DNA of 64,000 nucleotides, taken from the NCBI RefSeq assembly GCF_000142905.1, contig NW_013657624.1:1-64000 (forward strand). The letters are read 5' to 3'. Each line of letters starts with the position of its first letter. The stretch's first letter is position 1. The notes beneath the pieces were generated by a model that did no database searches, was not told the DNA's origin, and saw only the letters and a list, made by a program, of their open reading frames with translations. Position numbers and translations under genes: made by a program. Positions 1 to 11,499 of this stretch are shown here, one piece after another. Origin of the DNA: Thecamonas trahens ATCC 50062. Its lineage: Eukaryota; Protista; Apusomonadida.

Positions 1-63
1 CCCCCTCCCCCCGCACCCACTCCACTCCACCCCCAGCCCCCACCCCCCACCCACCACCACCCC

Positions 64-1692
64 ATGCCCAACCGCTGCATGCTCTCGGGCCAGATGATTG
101 TGGTTGTGGTCCTCGTCTGTGTCTCGCTCGCCTCGGTCATCACCTACACCCTCACCTCGTCCTCGGCCGTCGGCTACCTGAGTCAGAGCAGCAGCCCGTT
201 CCACAGCCCGTCGCTGCAGCAGAGACAAGGCGGCGGCGAGCTCGGTGGGGCGCTTGTGGCGGCAACAGAGGCGGCAGCAGCAGCAGCAGCATCAGCGAGA
301 CACTGTACCCCGCCGGCCTCCTCAGTGGCAGCGCCTCCGGCCTTTGACGCCCTTTATCCGCCGGTCAACGTGTCGGCAGTGACGAGCGTGGTGGCCGATT
401 TGGCCCGATGGGCGTCGTCACTGGCCAAGCCCGACTGGCGGACTGATGACGTCCTCATTGTCCTTCCCGACCCGAGTGAGCCGACCGACTGGTCGATTGT
501 CGACTCGTTGCCGGTCCCGTCTGGGCGTCCGCCGTTTGCCTCACTCGCCGAGTTTGACGAGTGGAAGATGAAGGCGTCCGGGAGCGTGACCGAGGACATG
601 CTCACGCCGCTGCCGACGGTCCGCTCGCAGTGGGGCCGCCAGCTCGGCAATGAGTACATGGGCAATACCAAGATGGGCATGGCCTCGTTCGTGGTCGACG
701 GCATCACCATCATCATCAAGCGCAGCGACCGGCCTCAGCCTGTTCTCCACACCGACAAGATCGAGCCCATCATGCGGCTTGTCAACGAGTGTGGCTTCCA
801 CAAGATTGTTGCCCAGCACTGGGTCGACAAGTGGCAGGGCGTACCGACCATGTTTGCCGTCGTCTCGCCGGGCGTCACTGTTGAGCTCGGCCGCGGCCGG
901 CCGGCCAAAGTCTACCCGCCACACACTCGCACCATGTTTGCGAACATCCCCTCATGGCAGGTCCGCCTCATGGCTCTCTATGACATGCTCTTCAGCTATA
1001 CCGACCGCCACTACGGCAACATCCTTGTCGACGAACAGTTCAACATCTATTCCATCGACGCGTTCCAGAACACCCTCGGCGACAACCCGCTCGCCGTCAA
1101 CTCGATCCTCCTCCCGTTCACCTCCAAGTACGGCATCCACCGCCTCTCCTTTGAGTTTCTCTTCAAGAACATGCCCATGCCGACCTACGACGACCCGACC
1201 GTCACCCTCGACTACCGCTGCCACACTCCGGGCGGCCGTATTGGTGTCGTCTTTCCTCCGCCTCTCCGCTCGTGCATGGCCGACCTCGCGTCGGCCGATC
1301 CGCCCGACCTCGTCGCTCGCTACGGCTTTCCCAAGCTCGCCGCCGCTGAGACACTTGTTGACAACGCGCGCTCGCTCCTCATCCACGGATTTGAGGCTAC
1401 GGCTTTTGCTGCTGCCAACCGCTCGCTCCACTCGAACCCCAAAGAGGCTTTGCAGCCGTGGCTCTCGCCGTCGCAACCGTGCTGCCTTCTCATCGGCAAC
1501 GTGTGCCAGGCAGTCGACTCGCGGCCCCCGGCGAGTGGTCGACGGTTGGCCGACGCTGAGCGCCGCCACAACCGCAGTTGTCACTTGCACGCTGCCTTGT
1601 TTACGGCCCGGCGTCGTCGACCCACTGCTGGCCAATCCAGTAGTCGCCGTCAAAGACGTCGAGGAAGGCGTCGACAACGGCGGCGTCGGTGA
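64..1692 (+). CDS. Type II membrane protein with an atypical (PI3/PI4-kinase-like or FAM20-like) kinase domain
   Basis: N-terminal hydrophobic anchor (MIVVVVLVCVSLASVITY), Ala/Pro stalk, then YDMLFSYTDRHYGNILV...YSIDA, matching the DRH-x-x-N catalytic loop and downstream Asp. The true 3' end may be about 1559 (see findings). Confidence 0.65.
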   Translation: MPNRCMLSGQMIVVVVLVCVSLASVITYTLTSSSAVGYLSQSSSPFHSPSLQQRQGGGELGGALVAATEAAAAAAASARHCTPPASSVAAPPAFDALYPPVNVSAVTSVVADLARWASSLAKPDWRTDDVLIVLPDPSEPTDWSIVDSLPVPSGRPPFASLAEFDEWKMKASGSVTEDMLTPLPTVRSQWGRQLGNEYMGNTKMGMASFVVDGITIIIKRSDRPQPVLHTDKIEPIMRLVNECGFHKIVAQHWVDKWQGVPTMFAVVSPGVTVELGRGRPAKVYPPHTRTMFANIPSWQVRLMALYDMLFSYTDRHYGNILVDEQFNIYSIDAFQNTLGDNPLAVNSILLPFTSKYGIHRLSFEFLFKNMPMPTYDDPTVTLDYRCHTPGGRIGVVFPPPLRSCMADLASADPPDLVARYGFPKLAAAETLVDNARSLLIHGFEATAFAAANRSLHSNPKEALQPWLSPSQPCCLLIGNVCQAVDSRPPASGRRLADAERRHNRSCHLHAALFTARRRRPTAGQSSSRRQRRRGRRRQRRRR

Positions 1693-2953
1693 TGCCGAGC
1701 GTAAAGTCGCGGTTGGCCTGAATCCACGTTCCGTGGCTCGAGTTGTACGGCACGAGCGTCTCGCCCGAGTACTGTGGCCAGTCGGACGGTGACCAGTTGC
1801 CCGACGACATCCACGCCGTGGTATTGTCAACGACCCAGTACTTTTGGTGCGAGAACGAGTACAGATGCCGGCGGGTGGTCTGCACTCGGGCCCCGCGCTT
1901 GGTGAGGAAGCGGTAGCACCCGCGCGCAAGCTCGTAGTCGTCGTACGCAAAGATGGCGTCAGAGACAAGCAGATACAGCTCGGTCTCGTCGCGCTCGACA
2001 AAGTCGCCAAGCCACTCGCACAGGTCGTAGTCGGTCACCTGGTAGATGTAGAGCACAAAGGTGTTGCGAGCGGCATCCAGTGCGGCCTTGAGCGTCTCGT
2101 ACGTGTAGTCGGGCGACATGACAAGCTCGACGCGCGCCTCGTCGAGCGCCACTGTCTTAGTTGTCGCCACATACGAGCCGGGGAACGGCTCGGGCGGCGG
2201 GACAACGACTCGAAGCGCCGCTTTGGACCGGATGACCGCCAGCTCAGCCGGCGTGTACTCGTGGGCCGGCGAGAACTGAAGTGCGACATCCCAGTCGGCG
2301 TCAAATACATCGGCGGCAACATCAAGCACCTCGCGAACGCCCTCGCCCGAGAGCCGGATCCCGGCCTCGCGGTTCTTGCGGAACGAGGTCTCGGAAAAGT
2401 TGATTGAGGAGAACGCGGTTGCGGCGTCGGGTGTCCGGGCATCGACCGAGATGTACTTTGCATGCCAGAACGTAGTCGATGTGTAGTAACGGATCTCTGC
2501 GCCAGCGAGGTAGAGGAAGGTCAGCGGGTCGATGCGACCTGCGGCCGGCGGCGTGGCGCCAAAGTCGTTGGTGAGGATGCGGACCGACTTGCCAGCCGAG
2601 AGCGCGTTGACGAGTGCCGCAAAGATGGGGAACGTCTCGTTCATCCGTTGCTCCTCCACCGTGCATCCGCCGCCATATGTGCATCCAATCCACGAGGAGA
2701 AGCCCGGCGTGCCGACGTCAATGCTCTTGTCCGCGCTCTCCACCAGCTCGGTGAGGAACGAGGTCGAGTTGTCCGGCGAGAAGAAGACGGCGGCCTCGCC
2801 CGAGCCACGCTCCACAACTGCCGGCCGGAACTGAACATGGTACGACTTCTCCTGATGGTCCCACGCAGGGTCACTACTCTGCTTCATGCTCATTGCCATT
2901 GCCACGGCCGTGGCAAGGACCACAGCCGTCGCCAGCCAGCCTGCACGCTTCAT
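1601..2953 (-). CDS. Secreted/lumenal phospholipase D-family protein
   Basis: Signal peptide and two HxKxxxxD motifs (HAKYISVD, HQKYWVVD), each followed by an S-x-N-F/W-S and N-R-E/D segment. Confidence 0.85.
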   Translation of the reverse strand: MKRAGWLATAVVLATAVAMAMSMKQSSDPAWDHQEKSYHVQFRPAVVERGSGEAAVFFSPDNSTSFLTELVESADKSIDVGTPGFSSWIGCTYGGGCTVEEQRMNETFPIFAALVNALSAGKSVRILTNDFGATPPAAGRIDPLTFLYLAGAEIRYYTSTTFWHAKYISVDARTPDAATAFSSINFSETSFRKNREAGIRLSGEGVREVLDVAADVFDADWDVALQFSPAHEYTPAELAVIRSKAALRVVVPPPEPFPGSYVATTKTVALDEARVELVMSPDYTYETLKAALDAARNTFVLYIYQVTDYDLCEWLGDFVERDETELYLLVSDAIFAYDDYELARGCYRFLTKRGARVQTTRRHLYSFSHQKYWVVDNTTAWMSSGNWSPSDWPQYSGETLVPYNSSHGTWIQANRDFTLGITDAAVVDAFLDVFDGDYWIGQQWVDDAGP

Positions 2954-3689
2954 ATTTGCGAGTCACGTGTTAACAAGAGTATGCAAATGGTGGTGAATGG
3001 CGGCGAATGGCGACGAATGGCGAGCGCGGGCGGTTGCAAGGAATGGTGTTTGTTTATTGCTGCATCAATCGACGGCGCAGGAGGAGATACAGTGTGTGTG
3101 TGTGTGTGTATACATATCTGTGTGTCTGTGGCTAGTGCCTCAGACTGATCAATGGCGGGGTGCGTGAGTGGTGTGACGCAGTGTGTGGTTTGCGGTTGGT
3201 GACATCAATGAGCGCGGCTCATGCTGTGGTGTGTGGTGAGTGCGGATCTGGTGGTGGTGTGTTGGCAGTTTGCCAATCGTTTGTGGAGCGGGATTTTATA
3301 CATCCAGGATCTCAACGCACCGTTGCCACTGCCTATCCCACGGCGGTGGCACTATGTTCTCAGTCCAGCCCCTGGTGCTGCGCGGGAGAACAGACGCGGG
3401 AGGGGGCTACCTAGACTTCCTTCGCGCGGTGCTGCGGCGCCAAGTGTGGGGGGGCTCCGTTTGCAGAAATGGCCGCACTCAGCCCAGGTTTGACCCAATC
3501 CGTTCGTATGTGGATCCACCGTGAGTAGGTCGCACTTCACGACATGGTATTGTTCCGTAATGGGCCAATTTAGAACACCCCAACCCCAGCCACGCTATTT
3601 TCTATGCCAATCAGCACAATGAAGCCTTCAAACGAACACCCCGACGCTGGCTACCATCGTGGCAGTCACTTGACTTGCCACATAACACC

Positions 3690-6346
3690 ATGCACCTAGT
3701 CACCCTCCTTTGCCTGATATTTGCATGTGTTGTGGCAGTCGACACGACGGTCATTCGCTCCGCACTGGCTGTTGTTGACCAGACCATGCATCCTACCGGC
3801 GACAATGTGGTCGACCTTGCCACCGACTCGCTCTTCGTTCCAACCGTCTTGGTGGGAAACCTCGCCTCGTCCACCGGGCTCGTCCACATCATCCCCACAA
3901 GCCGCCTCATTATCCCAGGCCTCGTTCTCGCTTCGCCGGCCAATGTTTCCGGTGCAGACCTTGAGCTCTGCATCGTCCCACCCGCATCCGTGGCGCATCT
4001 TGGCGAAGTTCCGAGCGGGCCAAGGCCATCGTGTCGCCATCGTGACCAGATGGCCTGTCAAACGCTTTTTTGGACCCGGTCTCGAGAACCACCGTGACAG
4101 GTCTCGACTCCATGCTGTCCAGCCTCGCCTCCTTGCTTGTCACATCCCATCCACCGCCCATCGCACTCTGTCTCAGGAGTGAAATGAGTGGTGTAACCTT
4201 TGAGGCCCCATCTCCTTCTCCAACTGTACTCATCGACTACTATGAGGTCTGCCCACAGCTGCTGGTCAAGAACGCGCACGTTGCCAACTCGCCACTGACG
4301 GGAACGACCGCCGCGCCGGTCGATGCTACGCTCATCGTCACATGCGAGTCGGGCCGCATCCTCTCAACGTCCCATGCCGCCAGTGGAACCGTCACCTGCC
4401 AGATATCAGGGGCATACTCGCCCACGGTCGTGTGTATCGATGCGGCTGCACTACCCTCGACGGATCCCTGCCCGCCGCGCTCGTTCCGCGACACCTGCGG
4501 AGTCTGCTCCGGGCTGGGCACGGGCCACGTTGCCAACGCCGATCTTGACGCATGCGGTGTGTGTTTTGGCGAAAATGCCGCGCTGGACGATTGTGGCGTG
4601 TGCTTTGGCAACAACGCCGCGATGGACGAGTGCGGCGTGTGCTTTGGCGACGGGTCGCAGTGCGCCGGCTGCGACGGGGTGCCCAACTCGGGTGCACGTC
4701 CGGATGTTTGCGGACAATGCATGGGCAATGGGTCGTCATGCTTGGGATGTGATGGCATTGTCATCCCATCCGGGGGCGCCACCTTTGACAGCTGTGGCGT
4801 ATGTGGTGGTTCCGCAGGCAGCACTGACTGCGCGACGCCGTGCGATGGTGACGCTGCCATCTACGACTGCGCAGGCACATGCGGAGGCGATGCCGTCATG
4901 AACGCATGTGGCGCATGTGTTGGCGGTGTCACTGGTCGCCCCGTTGACTATGGCCGCGACGACTGCGGCGTCTGTTGGGGCGGAAACCTCGCGAAGGACC
5001 GATGCGGCGTGTGTTGGGGCCGGGACACAGGCATCGATGCATGTGGCCAGTGTCACGGCGGTGGAGCCGGGCGCGATGCATGCGGCGTGTGCCACGGCGG
5101 TAACGCCACAATGGATGCGTGCGGGGTATGCGGTGGCGATGGTCTCTCGTGTATCGGCTGTGACCTTGTCCACTTTTCCGGCAAGGAAGTCGACGAGTGC
5201 GGCGTGTGCGACGGCGAGTCCGAATGCTCCGTTGCTTCGATGGTGGCTACCACATCGCACTCACGCAAACGTACCCTCCGCATTGTTGCTGTAGCAATTG
5301 GCAGCACCATGCTCTTGGCAATGGTCATAGTCATCGGCATCGCCGCATGCCTGCCTTCCATCAAGAGGCGCGGCCGGTCGTCCCGTGTTGACGTTGCAAG
5401 CCCGCACACGCTCGCAGATGCCGAGGCCGTCACATCAAGCCAGTCTGCTACATCATCAAGGCACGTCACAGAAGTCGTCGTTGGGAAAGAGACTACTATC
5501 GGGCTAGCTGTCGTCATGGTGGCCACGGTTGCCGACGATGAGCAAATGCGGGTGTCTCATTCCGCCGCAATGCGCGATGCCACCATACTCCACAACGTCG
5601 CTTTTCGCCATGTCCTGGCACAAACATCTGGGTGCGAGCTTGCTGCTGCGCAAACTACCTTTACCGCTGTATTTCCTCACAACGCCGTCGACGAGGCCAT
5701 CGCCACCGCCGACAAGCTTCACACGACCATGCTCAAAGTTCCTTGGCCGCGGGAGATCAGCCACTTTGTCGGCCGCAGCAACGACTCGCTTGCTGTGGAC
5801 TTTCCAGGTAGGTCAACCTTGGGCGCATCAGATCAGAGCACATCGCTTCCTCACGACGCGGCCCCAGCTCTTTGGAATGGCTTTCGACTGTGCATCGGGC
5901 TGCACATCGGGCACATCGACGCCATGCCCACTGCATACGACGGCGATCCCTCCTTCCCGGGCCCTGCCGCCGAATCTACTGCGACCATCGCCGCCCTTGC
6001 GCCACCAGGCACCACTGCTGCCTCGGAGTGCCTCTTGGCAGCTTCTACGTCCCACGACATCGTGGCAGTGCGCATCGCCAATGTCGATGACATAGAGAGG
6101 GCCTCATCGTCTACCTCGGTCTACAGTGTCGGCCACTGCGACTCACTCGCCGTCAACCGGCTTGTTGCAGCCGGTCTTGTGCCCCCATCTCCATCACCTG
6201 GCCGCTTGATCTTGTCGGCAGATCTGGAGTCACAGTTGTCGACCCCGAATGAGTTGTCGGAAACGACCACCATGTCGTTTGGCCCAATGGTCCCTACTGG
6301 GCCATCTGGGTCTCCGATGGCCGCACAGAAAATGCGCATCCCTTAA
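3690..6346 (+). CDS. Cys-rich single-pass receptor with degenerate class III cyclase domain (paralog A); frameshift near 4046
   Basis: Signal peptide MHLVTLLCLIFACVVA from ATG 3690. Reading continues in the 4070 frame after a -1 shift. YYEVC sushi-like module, CGVC repeats, TM (IVAVAIG...IAACL) and WNGFRLCIGLHIG cyclase strand. Confidence 0.75.
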
Positions 6347-6925
6347 CTCACCTGCGTGGGTTGCATGGCATCTCTCCTCTTGCTGGGCCTGGTACACAGT
6401 TCGCGCTGCATGCGTACCGCTCCATCGGCGAGCGTGGCACAATTGCATGCATCTTTCCATCCGGCCATTTTGATCGCAACGCCACGCTCACCGCTGCCCG
6501 CCGCCGCACAGCAATCCTGCCCCCTTACTTCCGATTCCCGCTACGGGCTCCGATGGCGTCGACAGAGTCGGCTCTTGAAGAGTGCTGGCCCAACGGCCTG
6601 ACCCTCTGTGCCACCACATCTTGCCGATTGGCTCGGTGACTCGCGCGCACATGGGCAATCGTCACAAGCTCGCGTTCGAAAAATTAAAGCAAGACTTGGG
6701 CGGCCAGAAGATGCCTGTCGTCGTTGTCGAACATCGTCATCAACTGGTGGGTGGTGGGTTCACAGAGCGATCGCTCGGCCAGCAACCGAAGCTGGTGTTG
6801 CATTTGTTCGTTGGCTCGCGAGTGCGGATGCGGATGCGGCCCGACACTGACTCAACTCAGACACCCGCCGCTCAGGCACGCCACCCGCCCCGGGCCAACC
6901 GCATCAGACAACAACTCCACTGCAG

Positions 6926-9900
6926 ATGGTGGTATCAATACCAACCGCCCTACTCACGCTATGGCTGCTCGTGCTGGTCCCTGCCGCGAGTCCAGCCACT
7001 CTCCGCGTCGCCGTCGCCACCTTGCCATCGGCCGACTTCGCCGCCGCCTGGACAGCTTCCCCACCCACACTTGTTCCTCGCGCATCGGAAGCCACCCTCA
7101 CCAGCAATGCCTCGCTAATCCTCAACATCCGCTTTCCCCTCGCCATCCACTCGACAACAGGCCACATTGCTGCTGCTGCGTCTTCGTCGATCGTCTTGAA
7201 CGGCATCGCCTTTCATGCCCCTCCTCCATGGCTGCTATCGCTCGTTCCGCTTCCGCTCCCCGCGCATCCGTCACTCTCGCTCCATCACTCGCAATGGCTT
7301 GCGCTGGCGACAGCTTCGCCAGCAAATGCCCCTTTTGCGCAAATGTTGGTCTCGGTTGCCAACAACACGCACGTAGCTGGTCAGCTCTCCGGCGAGGCGC
7401 TCGCTCACTGGATCGACGCCGCCTGGTCGACTGGCGTTCTTGGCGGAGAGTACCTGCCGATCCGCCTCAGCCTCCCAGACAACGCCACTGCAGACGACTA
7501 TGCCATCGTCGACCTCTCCACTGGCGCATTGCTCATGATCCACTACTACGAAGTCTGCGAGCCCTTGTTCCTACCCAACGGCTTGCCACTCGCGTCTCCC
7601 GTCCCGGTCGGTGACGATGTGGCACTCGTATGCAACAATGGCTACGAGCTTGTCGGTGCCGGTAGTGACGGATTAGTGACGTGCACCGCCGACGGGACGT
7701 ACCAGCCGCAAACGCCAGCATGTCGTCCTGTGCCTGATCCCCCTGACGCCGGGCCATGTCCTGGCCTGGCGATCCGTGACACCTGCGGCGTCTGCTCCGG
7801 TCCGGGCACCGCTCACATCGCCGACTCGGATCTCGACGCGTGCGGTGTGTGCTTTGGTGCTAATGCCGCGCTCGATGACTGTGGCGTGTGCTTTGGCAAC
7901 AACGCTGCCAAGGACGCATGTGGTGTGTGCTTCGGCGACGGATCGCGATGTGCCGGCTGCGACGGGGTGCCACACTCGGGATTGCTCCCGGACGTGTGCG
8001 GGCTATGCGGTGGCGATGGGACGTCATGCCTTGGATGCAATGGCATCCCCATTCCATCTGGCGATGCTGTCTTTGACGGCTGTGGCGTGTGCGGTGGCCC
8101 AGGGACTGTCGGCTCTTGCGGCGCGACGTGCAACGCGTCGGCACCTCTCCACGTCAGCTACGACTGCGCAGGGGTCTGCGGTGGCTCGGCGTACATCGAC
8201 TCGTGCGGCGCATGCGTGGGTGGGATTACTGGAAAACGTCCCGAGTACGCACGCGATGGCTGTGGTGTGTGCTGGGGCGGCAACTCGAGTCGCGATGCGT
8301 GCGGAGTATGTGGCGGTGGCGGCACGGACATCGACGACTGCGGCGTGTGCTTTGGCAACAACAGTGAGAAAGACGAGTGCGGCCGATGTTGGGGAAACAA
8401 TGCGTTTCATGATCTGTGCGGCGTGTGCAACGGGAGCGCAACCACCTGCGCCGGCTGCGACTTTGTCATTGGCTCCAAGCTCCGCATCGACGACTGTGGT
8501 GTGTGCGGTGGGCAGGGTGATTGCCACTCTACCCGCATTCTCGGCATGCCCTCGATGGCGGTGGCGTTGACTACAGCTGTGATGCTCTTCTGTGTTTTGG
8601 CAATCATCGGCCTTGGCACCGCAGTCTTGCTTCTGGCGCGTCGGCGGCGTCGGGCAAAGGTAGCCGCAACGGCGGCGATCCGAAAAGCAGCCCTGGCCGA
8701 GGCTCCACACGGCGAGCTGATCTTGATGGTCACCCACGTTGTGTCTGCCTCGGATATCTGGGCCGCCATGCCGGCTGCCATGTACGAGGCCATGCTCCAG
8801 CACGACATCTGTCTCCGGCAGGTCATCTCCGAGTATGACGGGTACGAGATTGCGTCTGAGCATGACTCGTTTGTCGTCGCCTTTCCGGCATCCGAAGCCA
8901 TTTCAGCCGTCCACGCCGCCATCGCCATCCACGATCGCATGGTCACCCTCGCATGGCCACGGGTTCTTCTCACCTCCGACCTCTGTCCAACCGTTGTGGC
9001 CCACACAGGCCTCAACGTCTCCCACGATGGCAGTTTATGCCACACCTGGCGCGGTCTTCGGCTCCGTATCGGCATCCACGCCTGCCTCCTCACTCGATCG
9101 TACTCGCCGGCGAGCCAGGGCATTGAGTACGCCGGTCCCGGTCTCGCACACACATCTGTCATCTCCCAGGCCGCGCCCGATGGCGCTGTCGTGGTCACCC
9201 GCGAGGTCCTCGCCTGCCTTCCGTCGACACTGCCGGCGCATCTCTCAATCGAGTGCGTCGACCGCGTCGTCTCGGCCAACGGCGACGTCTCCTTTGACAT
9301 CTTTGCCGTTTCCGCCCAGGGCTCTGTCACTACGGCCCGCAAAACGACTGGCCCAGTCGCATCGAGTCATGCTCTTGCTCATAGCGAGAGTGGACAAGTA
9401 GGCGGGGTCTCGTCAGCGACGCCTGTCCATGTCTCGACCACGAGCCGGTCTAGACACCTTGTCCTGAACACCCGGCTCACCAGCACGAGTCAGAAGCAGA
9501 GCGCAGGCTCGGCCCCGCACGAAGCCTCGTCGACGTCGTTCCGCTCGGCATCGTCGGACGATACCGAGACCACTGTTCGCTCGCGATCGCGTCGGTCCTT
9601 AACTCCAGCCATGAGCAATCGGAGCCAACGCTCGACCCAGGCTCGCAAAGTCCGAAATGTAAGACCGAAGCGCTTGCCCCGATCGTCTTCGGCAGCTGGC
9701 TCGCTTGAGATGCATGTCACGGGGCCCTGCAAGGCACCTGGTGCTGGCTCTATCGAAATGCCATCTCCCAACGCCATGATCAACGAGCTACTAGCCGCAA
9801 CGTTGGCCAACATGGCGCCCGAGTCCAGCAAGCATACCGCGCCGAAAGGCCCAAGAACGATTCTAAGTCGACGGAACGGGCATCCCTCTACGTCACAATC

Positions 9901-10171
9901 GCCGTCGCGGTCGCAGTCGCGGTCGCAGTCGCGGTCGCTGTCGGTCTCACTGGCGTCACGCGCATTAGAACAGCCGGCCTGGGTCAATTCTCGCCGACGC
10001 ATCCGGTCGCTTTCGGTTTCCGAGACGCCACAGACACCTCACACACGCATGCTCTCGGCCTCGTGCAACGGCACATCCATCATCGTCGAAGACGCTCACG
10101 CGACAGCCTCCCAAGCCCGTGCCGGAGCAGCGCCTGTGGCCTTGGACGGCGACGCGAACCGGGCACGGTAG
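6926..10171 (+). CDS. Cys-rich single-pass receptor with degenerate class III cyclase domain (paralog B)
   Basis: Intact 1081-aa ORF: signal peptide, YYEVC sushi-like module, many CxxC repeats, TM + RRRRR, GYEIASEHDSFVVAF, WRGLRLRIGIHA, Ser/Arg tail. Confidence 0.85.
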   Translation: MVVSIPTALLTLWLLVLVPAASPATLRVAVATLPSADFAAAWTASPPTLVPRASEATLTSNASLILNIRFPLAIHSTTGHIAAAASSSIVLNGIAFHAPPPWLLSLVPLPLPAHPSLSLHHSQWLALATASPANAPFAQMLVSVANNTHVAGQLSGEALAHWIDAAWSTGVLGGEYLPIRLSLPDNATADDYAIVDLSTGALLMIHYYEVCEPLFLPNGLPLASPVPVGDDVALVCNNGYELVGAGSDGLVTCTADGTYQPQTPACRPVPDPPDAGPCPGLAIRDTCGVCSGPGTAHIADSDLDACGVCFGANAALDDCGVCFGNNAAKDACGVCFGDGSRCAGCDGVPHSGLLPDVCGLCGGDGTSCLGCNGIPIPSGDAVFDGCGVCGGPGTVGSCGATCNASAPLHVSYDCAGVCGGSAYIDSCGACVGGITGKRPEYARDGCGVCWGGNSSRDACGVCGGGGTDIDDCGVCFGNNSEKDECGRCWGNNAFHDLCGVCNGSATTCAGCDFVIGSKLRIDDCGVCGGQGDCHSTRILGMPSMAVALTTAVMLFCVLAIIGLGTAVLLLARRRRRAKVAATAAIRKAALAEAPHGELILMVTHVVSASDIWAAMPAAMYEAMLQHDICLRQVISEYDGYEIASEHDSFVVAFPASEAISAVHAAIAIHDRMVTLAWPRVLLTSDLCPTVVAHTGLNVSHDGSLCHTWRGLRLRIGIHACLLTRSYSPASQGIEYAGPGLAHTSVISQAAPDGAVVVTREVLACLPSTLPAHLSIECVDRVVSANGDVSFDIFAVSAQGSVTTARKTTGPVASSHALAHSESGQVGGVSSATPVHVSTTSRSRHLVLNTRLTSTSQKQSAGSAPHEASSTSFRSASSDDTETTVRSRSRRSLTPAMSNRSQRSTQARKVRNVRPKRLPRSSSAAGSLEMHVTGPCKAPGAGSIEMPSPNAMINELLAATLANMAPESSKHTAPKGPRTILSRRNGHPSTSQSPSRSQSRSQSRSLSVSLASRALEQPAWVNSRRRIRSLSVSETPQTPHTRMLSASCNGTSIIVEDAHATASQARAGAAPVALDGDANRAR

Positions 10172-11499
10172 TGGCGGACATGATCGGCAAAGGGAATCCA
10201 CGCTGCGCCGACTCGGAGCAGCGCCTTGTCGTTGATGACGCGGACATGATGAGCCTCGCCAAAGACAACATACTGGCCAGCACCACGCTTGAGCACATCA
10301 AGCGGGGGGCCGACGTCAGCCATGGCGCGATAAACCGCAACGTCAATCGGATTGCTCGCGCTGTATCCCCGGAACGGCAGGCCCGGCGGGAGCGGGTGGA
10401 CCTTGCGCGGCCGGATCTCGCTTTGTTTGGCCGCTTCGGGCCTCGCCGCGGCCTGGCCCACAGTATAGTCTGCTGCAGGATCGGCCTCGGCCTCGCGCGG
10501 AATCTCGAGCTCTGATCTGGTGCTGGACGAGGCCACGTCCGGACTTGAGCTCGGGTCGGTACCCAAGGGCAGATCGGAGCTCGACGACGAAGCCGTGGCG
10601 TTCTCGCCATCACTGGCGCGAGCAGCAAGCCGGTGTGCCTCGGAGCGCGAGATACGAATTTTCTTGCGCATCCGCCGCCGCTTTCGCTTGCCGCCCCTGC
10701 TCCCTGCCTCGCCGGTGTCTCCTGCAATCAGCTGCGCAGGTTGAGGATCAGGAAAGGTGCTGGCAGCTTCTGCGACAGCACACGAGTCCAGGGACGATGA
10801 CGACGGGTCTGCATGTGGGAGCGGGGTAGGAGGCTTCTCGGGCTGGAGGTGGATGCGTGAGATGTCCGGCTCGGATCGGGAGTGCGACCGTGACCGAGAC
10901 CGAGACCGAGACCGAGAGTGTGACGATGAGCGAGAGCGCGAAGATCGCGATGAGCGAGTTGATCGCGAGTGCGACCGCGACGACGACGACCTGTGTTGTG
11001 CGCGCCATCGCCTTCTTGCCGCAGCATACCGCTCCTCCCTGGACAGCGGGCGCTCGTCCAGAACAGACATCGGCGTCAAGGCGCCTGGTCTAGGCCGATC
11101 TTGATTCGCGTCAGCACCAGTCTCCGAGTGAGGTGAGCTGCCGTTGGCGGGGGCAAGGCGGTGCTGATGCGGATGCCGATGATGATGCTCACTGCCACCA
11201 GGATCGCTGGCATGCGCTTGATGATGATCAACATCATGCGGACTGCGATCATGGGTAGGCAGGCCATAACAACCATGGCCTCTTGCATCAGCACCCGTGC
11301 TAGCATTGACAGCATCACTTCCATGGGCATGTCGGTGCTTCTGCCGCATACGCAAACGGGCAAGGGTCGAGCCGGCGCGGACGGACCAGTTGTGCTGGTG
11401 GCGCGAGCTGGCAAAGAAGCAATGGATGAGGGCTGTGACAAGCAGTGTCAGCGCCACCAGTCCACATCCCAGGAGTATCAGTTCTGTCGTGTCCGTCAT
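10096..11499 (-). CDS. N-terminally membrane-anchored protein with C-terminal GAR (Gas2-related) domain
   Basis: First in-frame ATG 11499 precedes TM LILLGCGLVALTLLVTALIHCFF. Long disordered linker. C-terminal GQYVVFG...VRVINDKALLRVGAAWIPF resembles the GAR signature (VRI...VMVRVGGGW). Confidence 0.65.
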   Translation of the reverse strand: MTDTTELILLGCGLVALTLLVTALIHCFFASSRHQHNWSVRAGSTLARLRMRQKHRHAHGSDAVNASTGADARGHGCYGLPTHDRSPHDVDHHQAHASDPGGSEHHHRHPHQHRLAPANGSSPHSETGADANQDRPRPGALTPMSVLDERPLSREERYAAARRRWRAQHRSSSSRSHSRSTRSSRSSRSRSSSHSRSRSRSRSRSHSRSEPDISRIHLQPEKPPTPLPHADPSSSSLDSCAVAEAASTFPDPQPAQLIAGDTGEAGSRGGKRKRRRMRKKIRISRSEAHRLAARASDGENATASSSSSDLPLGTDPSSSPDVASSSTRSELEIPREAEADPAADYTVGQAAARPEAAKQSEIRPRKVHPLPPGLPFRGYSASNPIDVAVYRAMADVGPPLDVLKRGAGQYVVFGEAHHVRVINDKALLRVGAAWIPFADHVRHYRARFASPSKATGAAPARAWEAVA

